From assembly GCF_000018105.1 (NCBI RefSeq), contig NC_009925.1, positions 5,550,001-5,582,000 on the forward strand: 32,000 nucleotides of DNA. Direction: 5' to 3'. The stretch is from Acaryochloris marina MBIC11017 (GTDB lineage: Bacteria > Cyanobacteriota > Cyanobacteriia > Thermosynechococcales > Thermosynechococcaceae). Of this stretch, positions 1 through 8,641 are shown in pieces. Under the pieces are notes generated by a model, which saw nothing but the letters and a program-made list of their open reading frames with translations, made no database searches and had not been told where the DNA came from. The translations under genes and the position numbers were made by a program. Within the stretch, counting starts at the first letter, position 1. Every line of letters starts with the position of its first letter.

Positions 1-244
1 CCTTGTTGGACATAAAACGGTGAGCGACCGTTTCTGGCTGAATTGCAGACAGGACAACATGACCTGAATCAGTTACGATTACTGCGCGTGTGCGCCGCCC
101 ATAGGTGGCATCAATCAATTGGGCCCGATCTCGGGCTTCACTGATGATACGCTTAATGGGTGCAGACTCGGGACTGACGATGGAAATCACTCGATTCCCA
201 GAGACAATATTTCCAAAGCCTATATTGATTAACTTGATATCCAT
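1..244 (-). CDS. remA: RemA/DUF370 family protein (homolog of Bacillus biofilm regulator RemA/YlzA); C-terminus cut by the window edge
   Basis: Hand translation from the ATG (complement of 242-244) gives [81 protein letters not shown]. The blocks [34 protein letters not shown] and QPETVA match RemA as I remember it. It is absent from the ORF track because it runs off the window. Confidence 0.85.
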   Translation of the reverse strand, partial: MDIKLINIGFGNIVSGNRVISIVSPESAPIKRIISEARDRAQLIDATYGRRTRAVIVTDSGHVVLSAIQPETVAHRFMSNK

Positions 245-280
245 AAATACAAATCCTCACGCAGATTCCAACCTTTTGTA

Positions 281-326
281 ATATCAGAGCGCATCACCCA
301 AAAAAGCTCTGATATCATCCTTTTTT
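281..326 (+). other. Perfect 10-bp hairpin followed by a T6 run (terminator-like) in the divergent remA/rqcH-like intergenic region
   Basis: ATATCAGAGC (281-290) pairs perfectly with GCTCTGATAT (306-315) around a 15-nt loop. CATCC then TTTTTT (321-326) follows. Confidence 0.3.
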
Positions 327-583
327 CCATCTTATCCACAAAAGATCTAGACCTACAACCTATTTTTAAGTATTTATTTCTAGTCATAGGAATCTTATTT
401 AGGATTTACAGGATTACTTAGGGTGAAATGTATCGCAGGATACAAAATGGCTATGAAAAATCAGCATCTCAAGGCTTGGGTCGACAAATCAGTATTAATT
501 CTTAAAATATGAATGAATTTCTGAAAGATAGGTTTTCCTGCCTAGGAACTCCTCACAAGAGGTCCATTTACTTGTAATTACCC

Positions 584-2326
584 GTGCAACAGGTTGACTT
601 TACGACATTGACTGCAGCGTGCTGCGAGTTGCGATCGCAATGGCTACCGGCACGCATTGAACAAGTGGTTCAGCAAGATCGGTTTACGGTCTATATTGCC
701 CTGCGTACCCTCGACCATCGAGGATGGCTTTCCTTGAGTTGGCATCCTCAAGCGGCCCGAATTTGTATGGGAACCCCACCCCCGAAAGGCGCAGATACCT
801 TTACCTTTAGCCAACAGTTACGTCACCAGCTCAATGGCCTCGCTTTGATAGCCGTTGAACCGATTGCCGATTGGGAACGGGTGATCGACTTGCAGATTGG
901 TCAGCGCCCTCAAGCCCCTGTGGATTGGCATGTCTATGTAGAAATCATGGGTAAGTATAGCAACGTTATCTTGACCAATGGAGAAAATCGAATTGTCACA
1001 GCGGCCCATCAAGTCAGTGCCCAACAGTCTAGTGTTCGCCCCATTCAAACCGGAGACCTTTACCAGCCACCGCCCCACCTAACCGACCCCATTCCCACTT
1101 TGTCGGAATCCTTTGAGCATTGGCAGCGACAGGTCAGCTTAGTACCGGGTCCTCTGAAACGAAATTTACTCAAAACCTATCGAGGCCTGAGTTCGGCTCT
1201 GGTATTGTCCATGCTGTCCTCCATTCATCTGCAGCCTGATCAATCTACTGAAACCCTGCAAGAAATGGATTGGCAACGGCTCTTTCAAGCTTGGCAAGAT
1301 TGGCTATCGGCTCTAGAATCCCAATCCTTCACTCCTGGTTGGTGTTCATCAGGGGGCTACACCGTAGTGGGTTGGGATATCACCCGGCTAGCAGCGGATA
1401 CGCAAACGTTGCTGGATGACTATTACAGTCAACAGTTAGGCGAGCAGGTCTTTAAGCAGCTCCGGCATCAGCTGCAGCAAAAGGTCAAAGGCCATCTCAA
1501 GAAGCTCAATACCAAAGCTAAAACCTTTCAAGATCAGTTGAAGGCATCCGATACAGCTGAAACCTATCGGGAAAAGGCTGACCTACTGATGGCTCATTTA
1601 CATGAGTGGCAGGTGGGAATGAAAACCCTAACTTTGATGGATTTTGGGTCGGGTGAACCTCGAACCCTAACCCTCAATCCAGAAAAGAATGCAGTTCAAA
1701 ATGCTCAAGCCTGGTACAAACGCCATCAAAAACTAAAACGCTCTCGTGCCCAAGTGCAGCCTTTACTGGAAGAGGTGCTATCAGAGGTGGTCTATTTAGA
1801 ACAGGTGGAAGCCAGTATTCAGCAGCTAGAACAGTTTGAAGATGTCGCGGATTTGTTGACGCTGCACGATATTCGAGATGAACTGATCCTACAAAACTAT
1901 TTCCCGAAACTGGAGTATCGCAAGGATGCGCCACCTGAAATTCCGTTTTACCAGTACCAATCTCCCTCAGGATGGGAGCTATTAATTGGTCGCAATAATC
2001 GCCAAAATGATCTGCTCACGTTTCGGACAGCTGCCACCTACGATCTGTGGTTTCATACCCAGGAGATTCCCGGTAGCCATGTGCTCTTGAGATTAGAGGC
2101 TGGTTCTGTTGCTGAACCCGAAGATATGCAGTTTGCTGCCAATATGGCCGCCTACTATAGTCGGGCTCGGCAGAGTCATCAAGTTCCAGTAATCTATACC
2201 GAATCCAAAAATGTGTACAAACCCAAAGGGGCCAAACCAGGGATGGTGATTTATAAACATGAACAAGTGATTTGGGGCCAGCCCCAATCTGTGAAAGATC
2301 AGGTTCATGGTTCTGGCTCAGTTTAG
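584..2326 (+). CDS. rqcH: NFACT family protein (FbpA-N/NFACT-N plus DUF814/NFACT-R), RqcH-like ribosome quality control factor
   Basis: 580-aa ORF with a GTG start. The N-terminal motif YVEIMGKYSNVILT is typical of NFACT-N, a central coiled-coil region is Q/K/E-rich, and the C-terminal LLIGRNNRQNDLLTFRTAATYDLWFHTQEIPGSHVLL is typical of DUF814. Length matches RqcH. The gene symbol is by family analogy only. Confidence 0.8.
   Translation: MQQVDFTTLTAACCELRSQWLPARIEQVVQQDRFTVYIALRTLDHRGWLSLSWHPQAARICMGTPPPKGADTFTFSQQLRHQLNGLALIAVEPIADWERVIDLQIGQRPQAPVDWHVYVEIMGKYSNVILTNGENRIVTAAHQVSAQQSSVRPIQTGDLYQPPPHLTDPIPTLSESFEHWQRQVSLVPGPLKRNLLKTYRGLSSALVLSMLSSIHLQPDQSTETLQEMDWQRLFQAWQDWLSALESQSFTPGWCSSGGYTVVGWDITRLAADTQTLLDDYYSQQLGEQVFKQLRHQLQQKVKGHLKKLNTKAKTFQDQLKASDTAETYREKADLLMAHLHEWQVGMKTLTLMDFGSGEPRTLTLNPEKNAVQNAQAWYKRHQKLKRSRAQVQPLLEEVLSEVVYLEQVEASIQQLEQFEDVADLLTLHDIRDELILQNYFPKLEYRKDAPPEIPFYQYQSPSGWELLIGRNNRQNDLLTFRTAATYDLWFHTQEIPGSHVLLRLEAGSVAEPEDMQFAANMAAYYSRARQSHQVPVIYTESKNVYKPKGAKPGMVIYKHEQVIWGQPQSVKDQVHGSGSV
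631..638. repeat. HIP1 octamer GCGATCGC
   Basis: Exact match read from the sequence. Confidence 0.95.
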
Positions 2327-2460
2327 GATGCACTGATTCAGTCCCTTAGGATGCAATGCGATGGACCTGCAGGCGTGGCGTACGCTCTGCTTGGCTAGCG
2401 ATTTTTGAGCATACCTCTAGTTCTGCTGTAGGACATGGAGTTCGAATGTATACTAGGAAG

Positions 2461-2784
2461 CTAAGTGACAGGAGTCTCATTTTTTTGCTGAAATTCTTCC
2501 TTGTCTGCAAAAATATCGAAAATTTGGTCCATTCTGGATAATTTCAGGACAAGGCTAACCTGTTTTCTCATGGAGCAGATAGATAGCTTGCCACTTCTAC
2601 CATGCACTGCTTTATGCATCGCGACTAAAGCACCAATTGCCGAACTATTGATAAAGGTGACATCTTGCAAATCTAATAGGATCGTTTTAACGCCTTCATT
2701 CAGCACCGTATCAATTTCATTACGGACCTGATTTAGACCAATTCCATCTGTCAGGCTAAGGGGTTGGATAATTTTATAGCTCAT
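2461..2784 (-). CDS. STAS-domain anti-sigma-factor antagonist (SpoIIAA-like)
   Basis: The 107-aa product MSYKIIQPLSLTDGIGLNQVRNEIDTVLNEGVKTILLDLQDVTFINSSAIGALVAM has the STAS pattern, including the conserved Ser region FINSSAIG. The track ORF starts 3 codons upstream at GTG; the ATG at 2784 is preferred. Confidence 0.85.
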   Translation of the reverse strand: MSYKIIQPLSLTDGIGLNQVRNEIDTVLNEGVKTILLDLQDVTFINSSAIGALVAMHKAVHGRSGKLSICSMRKQVSLVLKLSRMDQIFDIFADKEEFQQKNETPVT

Positions 2785-2968
2785 TGGTTGCACTCCTAGG
2801 TCAGAACTGTTGGTTTTGAGTCAGGTAAAGGCGAGAAAGCTACCAATGAACGACCCGTAAACCATAAGGAATTCGTTGTGTATTCAGAATTCCCGTTTCT
2901 GAAAGCGAGCGAACACTTTTAACGCAACCAGAAAATCTGTGCACTATCTTGAATGATTGCCCAGACTG

Positions 2969-4113
2969 CTACGAATAGAGACTGATAATGACGAGTAGTC
3001 CTTGGGTTACCCAAGATAACTGGAGGTCCAGCCCCAGTTGCTGCATGCGAGGCCTGAGTTGTTCGACATCCGCTATCAGCGTCATCACCAGAAGATGGGG
3101 GAACCATAACTCCATCGCTAGTCGAGCAGCTTTCCCCCATTCCGGTAACCCTGACATAGCAGTGGTGAGATAGGCCCAATGAGCTAACAAATAGGCAATC
3201 ATTGACAATACCAACCATCGATACACTCCTGTCAATGTCCCTTGGGCAAATCGAGCTAAGCTAAACCGATGCTTGGCCGTCTTGAACCATCCCTCAATTT
3301 GCCATCGTCGTTTCCCCCATCTAGTAATCGTGCTACCCTTCCAAGGCTTCGTGGAAAGCACATACCGAAGTTCCCGCTGGCTATTCTCTCGCTTAAGCCA
3401 AAACCAAGACACCCAAACCGGAAACCTCAAACCGACTAAGTGCGTCTGCTGCCCTCGCTGAGACAGTTGAGAAATGGGTCCCCCTGCTTGTTGTTTTCGG
3501 TCTTTACGAACCCCCACAATGGTGGGATATCCCAGTTGTTTGGTTCCTTCTAGAAAGTCAATGCTGCCAAAGCCTGTATCAGCTAACACCAACACTTGAA
3601 ACCCTTGAGCCAACGGTTGTGGTAATCGCCGAAGCAACTGTAGTCCTAATTGAGCAGGAGAAGGCGTGTCTTTCCCTCGATAGACCCTAAAGTTCCAAGG
3701 CAAGCGCCATTTCCCCACAACTAGATACATCACGACCAGATGCAGACCTCGTTTGCCGTGATACACCCGAATCAAACCTGGCATGGCTTTGAACTTGCCT
3801 GTTTTCTCTAGGGTGGTTATAGAATCACTTGTAAGTAGGGCTGGCGCCCCGGCATCCTCACCTGCAGTAGTCGCTCAATGGCTGCTTGACGTACCGCACG
3901 AATCACTTGACGAGTGGGCCATTGATACTGATTGAGGAATCGACTGATGGCACTGGCAGATTTAACTTTGCTATGAGCAGGTAAAGATTGACCGGTTGCT
4001 TCTAAAAACAACTCCAATAAGGCTTGTAAGGTCTCTTGCTGATAGGGACTCGGCATCAGATGGAGCAAGGTGTAGACTAGCCCTTGGGCGTGGGCAAGGA
4101 TGTGTTTTGGCAT
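2969..4113 (-). pseudogene. IS4-superfamily (IS4/IS701-like) DDE transposase split by a -1 frame change
   Basis: ORF A (ATG 4113 to stop 3817) ends RQPYLQVIL*. ORF B is open in the -1 frame from 3874 and reads SDSITTLEKTGKFKAMPGLIRVYHGKRG...LVLADTGFGS...RRWQIEGWFKTAKHRF. These supply candidate DDE residues and the R-x3-E-x6-K signature. Joined length is about 380 aa. Confidence 0.8.
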
Positions 4114-4174
4114 GCTTGTTTCTGGATATAACTGCACGCCCTTTTCTCATAGGCAGGAACCTTGGTGCAACATC

Positions 4175-4366
4175 TCAGCAGACTACTTTCAGCATGAGAT
4201 TGAAGGATGGTCTAAAGGGTTTGAGGAGAAATCTGACGGTGATAATAGAGGGTATCGAAGGTCTCACTGAAAGTTCGCTGGCAGTGGGGCAACGGTAACG
4301 TTGGCTGCCTTTATTGGTTTTACCGCGTTTGTGGGTCTTTGGATGACCACATAGAGGACATTGCAT
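4175..4366 (-). pseudogene. IS1-family-like transposase N-terminal zinc-ribbon remnant (InsA-like), frameshifted and stop-interrupted
   Basis: The sequence reads MQCPLCGHPKTHKRGKTNKGSQRYRC, then the frame is lost. The +1 frame continues PHCQRTFSETFDTLYYHRQISPQTL*TILQSHAESS, which restores the second CxxC pair. The family call is from memory of cyanobacterial IS1-type proteins. Confidence 0.6.
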
Positions 4367-4490
4367 CAGGGGATAGGATAACTCAACTCCCTATCGGTTT
4401 AACAAACCCACACTTTTTTGATGCACGACCAGTCAGTATGTCCCACGAGCCCATAAGTGAATGCTGATGGTTTTTTTATTAGGACTTATC

Positions 4491-5036
4491 CTAAACTTCT
4501 GGTTTTCGAACTGCACATAAACTACAGACAGACCAGCGTTGTAGTTCAGTCTTAGGTGTTGGACATTGGCAGATTGGGCAAGTCGGATACCCATGAGACC
4601 GTTTGTGAATCGCATTCGTCCACCGTTCAAACGCCTCATTCGGATCGAGACTAGGCTCCAGTCGAGCAACAGGTAAAGCAGGAAGCAGACTAGCCGGTGT
4701 AATCGACGGAGGGACAGAACGCCGATGGGTGTTGTTCGATCGTCTTGGCCATTGACTCGTGGAAAAACGAATGTCTGTAAACTCGTAGGAGAGCTGGGTA
4801 TTTAGTTTATGGAGAATGCGACTCCGTTCGAACGCCAAATTCTGAGCCCAGGCAGAACTGGTTGTAGCCACAAGCAATATTTTTCGCGGTGTAATTTGGA
4901 TGGGTTGAGTTTGGGCCGCAACGACAGGTCCAACAATCTGGGTCCAGGTATCCAACAACTGCACAAATTCCTGTTCATGCTGCCAATGGGTTTGTTTTAA
5001 GGTTGATAAAACCTGTTGAACGGGTTGTAGAGACAT
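4491..5036 (-). CDS. DUF721 (DciA-like) protein with C-terminal CxxC...CxxC zinc ribbon
   Basis: The core KILLVATTSSAWAQNLAFERSRILHKLN matches the DUF721 pattern. The C-terminus is TCPICQCPTPKTELQRWSVCSLCA. The ATG at 5036 is preferred over the track TTG start at 5042. Confidence 0.7.
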   Translation of the reverse strand: MSLQPVQQVLSTLKQTHWQHEQEFVQLLDTWTQIVGPVVAAQTQPIQITPRKILLVATTSSAWAQNLAFERSRILHKLNTQLSYEFTDIRFSTSQWPRRSNNTHRRSVPPSITPASLLPALPVARLEPSLDPNEAFERWTNAIHKRSHGYPTCPICQCPTPKTELQRWSVCSLCAVRKPEV

Positions 5037-5093
5037 AACCAATTAAAACAACAGAGAAGACAAATACCTACTCAATTCAAGTAGAGGTTTGAT

Positions 5094-5957
5094 TCAGCTC
5101 TTGGCCCCTTTATCACCTGATAGGGTGAGAAAACCCTCCATATTTTCAACTAAAGCAGGGGGCCAACGGCGAATTTCTGTTAACCAGGCTGTATCTTTAT
5201 AGCGCGAATCTAATCCAATCGCAGCCACCCAATTACTTTCTGCTTCCCCAATTTGGCCTTTGTCCCATAAAGCTGCCGTCATTGCCGCACGCATATCGGC
5301 AAACTGGGGATATTTGCGAACCAAATTTCGCATGGTTTTGATGGCCTCATCCCGCTCACCCACTTGATACAACGCGAGGGCATAATTGCCTCTAGCAAAC
5401 GCAAACTGGGGAGATAGCTCCATGGCCGTTTCAAAATCCGTAAGAGCGGCATTCCAATCCCCTTGCCCTGCTTTGGCGTTGCCACGATTGTTGTAGGCAG
5501 CGGCCTCCTTTGGATCCAGTTCAATTACTTTGTTGTAATCAGCAATCGCAGCTTCCCAATTGGCTAGCCCTTCCTGGACTGCACCCCGATTCAGATAAGC
5601 ATCGGGTTGTTCGGGGGCAAGTTCAACGGAGCGGTCATAGTCGACCAACGCGGCCTCAAATTTCCCTTGGCTTATCTTGGAGTTACCTCGATTACTCCAG
5701 ATGGCAGGATTGTTAGGCAGAAAATCAAGGGCCTCGGTCCAATATTGCTCTGCCTTGGCGAAGTTACCTTTGTTTGTGGCTTCCATGGCTGCATTAAATA
5801 GATTCTCTACCTGAGTCTCGATCTCAGCAGTATAAGCAGGTGGGGTAGATTGCTCCGGGGCAGCGAACGCCGGATGTCCACCGAACGTCATTCCAATACT
5901 GAGTAGACACAGTAGTAAAATTAGTCTTCCAAAGATCCAACGGAGGGGATGCCTCAT
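5094..5957 (-). CDS. Secreted tetratricopeptide-repeat (TPR) protein
   Basis: The N-terminal signal peptide is MRHPLRWIFGRLILLLCLLSIGMTFGGHPAFA. It is followed by at least 5 TPR units (e.g. AAYNNRGNAKAGQGDWNAALTDFETAMELSP). The track start at 5981 is GTG; the ATG at 5957 is preferred. Confidence 0.8.
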   Translation of the reverse strand: MRHPLRWIFGRLILLLCLLSIGMTFGGHPAFAAPEQSTPPAYTAEIETQVENLFNAAMEATNKGNFAKAEQYWTEALDFLPNNPAIWSNRGNSKISQGKFEAALVDYDRSVELAPEQPDAYLNRGAVQEGLANWEAAIADYNKVIELDPKEAAAYNNRGNAKAGQGDWNAALTDFETAMELSPQFAFARGNYALALYQVGERDEAIKTMRNLVRKYPQFADMRAAMTAALWDKGQIGEAESNWVAAIGLDSRYKDTAWLTEIRRWPPALVENMEGFLTLSGDKGAKS

Positions 5958-6197
5958 GGCTTGCAAATTAGTCCTTGACACTTAAATTCCTTCTTTTACC
6001 GTAACGATTTCGCTGAATTTTGTGGTTAGGGGCAACAGAGTAGTGATTAAGCCTGGGCAACTATATTGTCTTTCTCGTCAACCATTGATATTGTCAAGCA
6101 GTGATTCAAAATCTGAATTAAATCATTTTAGCCAACCTCCTGATCCCTAATCCTGCTATCTTAATTGGGGAGCAATTTTCGTAGCAGTTATCATTGC

Positions 6198-6926
6198 ATG
6201 GGGAATACCTATCAACGGGTCCTATTAAAGCTTAGTGGCGAAGCCCTAATGGGAACTTTGCCCTATGGTATCGACCCCACCATTGTTCAGGGAATTGCCG
6301 AAGAAATCTCTGATGTCGCCAGTCGAGGCATTCAGGTCGCTATTGTGGTCGGAGGGGGCAATATCTTTCGCGGCGTGAAAGGTGCAGCCGCAGGCATGGA
6401 TCGAGCAACTGCCGACTATATTGGCATGATTGCAACGGTGATGAATGCCATGACCCTGCAAGATGCCCTTGAACAAATGAATGTACCGACTCGGGTACAA
6501 ACCGCTATTTCCATGCAGGAATTAGCAGAACCCTACATTCGTCGTCGCGCCATGCGCCATCTCGAGAAAGGCCGGGTGGTTATTTTTGGTGCAGGGTCTG
6601 GCAATCCGTTCTTTACGACAGACACCACGGCAGCGTTGCGGGCGGCTGAAATCGATGCAGACATCATCATGAAAGCCACCAAGGTAGATGGGGTGTACGA
6701 CTCAGATCCTAAAATAAATCCCGATGCCAAGCGATTTCAAAGTTTAACCTACGGACATGTCCTCACCCATGATCTGAAAGTGATGGACAGCACTGCGATC
6801 GCATTGTGCAAAGACAACGATATTCCTATTTTGGTCTTTGACCTTTCCGTTTCTGGAAATATTCGACGGGCCCTATTGGGCGAATCTATTGGCACTATTG
6901 TGGGAGGTTCTTGTGGAGTTAGCTGA
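6198..6926 (+). CDS. pyrH: UMP kinase
   Basis: [21 protein letters not shown] and [13 protein letters not shown] are classic PyrH motifs. The product is 242 aa from the ATG at 6198; the track start at 6165 is TTG. Confidence 0.95.
   Translation: MGNTYQRVLLKLSGEALMGTLPYGIDPTIVQGIAEEISDVASRGIQVAIVVGGGNIFRGVKGAAAGMDRATADYIGMIATVMNAMTLQDALEQMNVPTRVQTAISMQELAEPYIRRRAMRHLEKGRVVIFGAGSGNPFFTTDTTAALRAAEIDADIIMKATKVDGVYDSDPKINPDAKRFQSLTYGHVLTHDLKVMDSTAIALCKDNDIPILVFDLSVSGNIRRALLGESIGTIVGGSCGVS
6795..6802. repeat. HIP1 octamer GCGATCGC
   Basis: Exact match read from the sequence. Confidence 0.95.
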
Positions 6927-7461
6927 GGCCGAGACTTTAATGCAAAAGTCCATTGAGGCCATGAAGCGGTCCCTCAACACCATTCGGACGGGGCGGGCCA
7001 ATGCTTCTTTATTAGACCGAATTACGGTGGAATACTACGGCACAGAGACTCCCTTACGGTCTTTGGCCACCATCAGTACTCCAGATGCCAGCACCATTAC
7101 CATTCAGCCCTTTGACCCCAGCAGCTTGACGGATATCGAGCGATCTATTTCTCTTTCTGATGTGGGCTTGGTGCCTAACAATGATGGCTCCGCCATTCGC
7201 CTCAATATTCCGCCGTTGACGGAAGAACGCCGTAAGGACTTCGTCAAAATGGCTGGCAAGATCGCCGAAGAAGGGAAAGTTGCCATCCGCAACATCCGCC
7301 GCGATGCCATTGATACAGCCCGCAAGCAGGGAAAAAGTGGTGATATCTCAGAAGATGAATCCAAGGATCTTCAAGACAAGATCCAAGGTTTAACCGATAA
7401 GTATACGGGCCAAGTCGACAAGATTTTGGCTGAAAAGGAAACAGAAATCACCACGGTTTAA
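6913..7461 (+). CDS. frr: Ribosome recycling factor
   Basis: [23 protein letters not shown] and NIRRDA are RRF motifs. A GTG start at 6913 gives [16 protein letters not shown] and 182 aa, the canonical RRF length, and overlaps the pyrH stop by 14 nt. The alternative ATG is at 6940. The track start at 6838 lies inside pyrH. Confidence 0.9.
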   Translation: MELAEAETLMQKSIEAMKRSLNTIRTGRANASLLDRITVEYYGTETPLRSLATISTPDASTITIQPFDPSSLTDIERSISLSDVGLVPNNDGSAIRLNIPPLTEERRKDFVKMAGKIAEEGKVAIRNIRRDAIDTARKQGKSGDISEDESKDLQDKIQGLTDKYTGQVDKILAEKETEITTV

Positions 7462-7462
7462 T

Positions 7463-8593
7463 ATGTTTGATTGCATTATTGTCGGGGCGGGGCCAGCAGG
7501 GGGTACCGCAGCCTATCACCTTGCCAAGAAAGGTCGATCGGTCCTCGTTTTAGAAAAGGAAACTTTACCGCGCTATAAGCCCTGTGGTGGTGGTGTGTCG
7601 CCAGTCGTCGCAGACTGGTTTGATTTTGATTTTTCTCCTGCCATATCCCTGAAGGTGAAAACCGTTCGCTACACCTGGAATATGGAAGATGTTGTGCTAG
7701 CGGATTTACAGACCCCAGAACCAATCTGGATGGTTCGCCGAGATGTTTTTGACCATTTTTTAATTCAGCAAGCTCAAAAACAAGGGGCAGAACTGCGGGA
7801 CGACACAGCAGTTACTGGGATTGAATTTCAATCCGATCATTGGCAGGTGAATACAGCCGATGGTCCCGTTTCTGGGAAATATTTAATCGCAGCGGATGGA
7901 GCCAAAGGCCCCATGGCCCGGTGGTTAGGCTTTAAAGAGCGAAAGCGCCAGCTGGGTGGAGCCCTAGAAGCTGAGGCCATGACGGAAATTGAGAACCCTG
8001 ATACGGTTCACTTTGAATTTGGTTTGGTTAAAAACGGCTATATCTGGAACTTTCCCAAAGCAGATGGCTATTCCATTGGCATTGGCGCTTTTCGCGGGGG
8101 TGAACGCCAAGACCTGCGAGCCATCGTCACCGAATATTCGAAAATGTTTGGGGTGGATTTCACCTCGATTCGCCAACATGGCCATCCCCTCTGTCTTTGG
8201 AATGGCGACCAAACTCTCCATACCCAACAGGCGATCTTAGCAGGCGAGGCGGCCTGTGTCGTTGATCCCTTTACGGCGGAAGGGATTCGCCCTTCTATGT
8301 TTAGTGGATTAAAAGCCTCCGAGGCCATTGATCATGCTCTATCCGGCCAAAACAACGCCCTCGAAAAATATTCTGAGGTGATGGCAACAGAGTGGGGAGG
8401 CGAGATGAAGTGGGCCCAACGATTAGCCAGCGTGTTTTATCGGGTACCCAAAATTGGCTATCAGATTGGGGTTAAGCGACCGAGCGCTACCCGGAGAATG
8501 GGCCAGCTACTCTCCGGCGAAGTGGGATACCGAGATGTCGCCAATAACGCCATCCAACGCTTAAGTAAAGGGATGATGCCTGGTGTCAATTGA
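7463..8593 (+). CDS. FAD-dependent oxidoreductase, geranylgeranyl reductase family (not the ChlP ortholog by size or sequence)
   Basis: The N-terminal Rossmann dinucleotide motif is FDCIIVGAGPAGGTAAYHLAKKGRSVLVLEK. The later LIAADGAKG and DPFTAEGI are typical of the GGR/FixC-like family. The start is 1 nt after the frr stop. Confidence 0.8.
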   Translation: MFDCIIVGAGPAGGTAAYHLAKKGRSVLVLEKETLPRYKPCGGGVSPVVADWFDFDFSPAISLKVKTVRYTWNMEDVVLADLQTPEPIWMVRRDVFDHFLIQQAQKQGAELRDDTAVTGIEFQSDHWQVNTADGPVSGKYLIAADGAKGPMARWLGFKERKRQLGGALEAEAMTEIENPDTVHFEFGLVKNGYIWNFPKADGYSIGIGAFRGGERQDLRAIVTEYSKMFGVDFTSIRQHGHPLCLWNGDQTLHTQQAILAGEAACVVDPFTAEGIRPSMFSGLKASEAIDHALSGQNNALEKYSEVMATEWGGEMKWAQRLASVFYRVPKIGYQIGVKRPSATRRMGQLLSGEVGYRDVANNAIQRLSKGMMPGVN

Positions 8594-8641
8594 GATGGGC
8601 TCACCTTCTCTTAGCTTCAACGGCCCTCATGTGCGCAATTC

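Larger units (their letters stand above)
2969..4366 (-). mobile_element. Decayed insertion-sequence scar: IS4-superfamily element adjacent to or inserted into an IS1-like remnant; true ends unresolved
   Basis: Limits are set by the coding remnants of two unrelated transposase families (see the two pseudogene features). No convincing terminal inverted repeats or target duplications could be identified by eye. Confidence 0.7.

Noticed and set aside
2437-2450. A T-loop-like GGAGTTCGAATG, and a similar GGTTCGATTA at 17451-17460, which suggested tRNA genes.
   Set aside because: The flanking bases cannot form a T-stem, and no acceptor, D or anticodon arms can be drawn. I find no tRNA in this window.
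2785-2912. Two candidate terminal inverted repeats for the IS4-like element. TGGTTGCAC (2785-2793) could pair with TGTTGCAC (complement of about 4165-4172). TTCCCGTTTCTGAAAGCGAGCG (about 2890-2911) could pair with the complement of about 4139-4161.
   Set aside because: The first is a 7-mer match expected by chance in this search space and would place the IS end 1 nt from the STAS ATG. The second is only about 60 percent identical. The IS ends remain unresolved.
3817-3874. Programmed -1 ribosomal frameshifting in the IS4-like transposase.
   Set aside because: There is no X-XXY-YYZ slippery heptamer and no obvious downstream structure in the only possible overlap. IS4-type elements normally encode a single ORF, so a mutational frameshift is more parsimonious.
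6838-6912. The track start of frr, 75 nt inside pyrH.
   Set aside because: The RRF homology begins at (M)[12 protein letters not shown]. The GTG at 6913 gives the canonical 182 aa, and the upstream portion is out-of-frame pyrH sequence.
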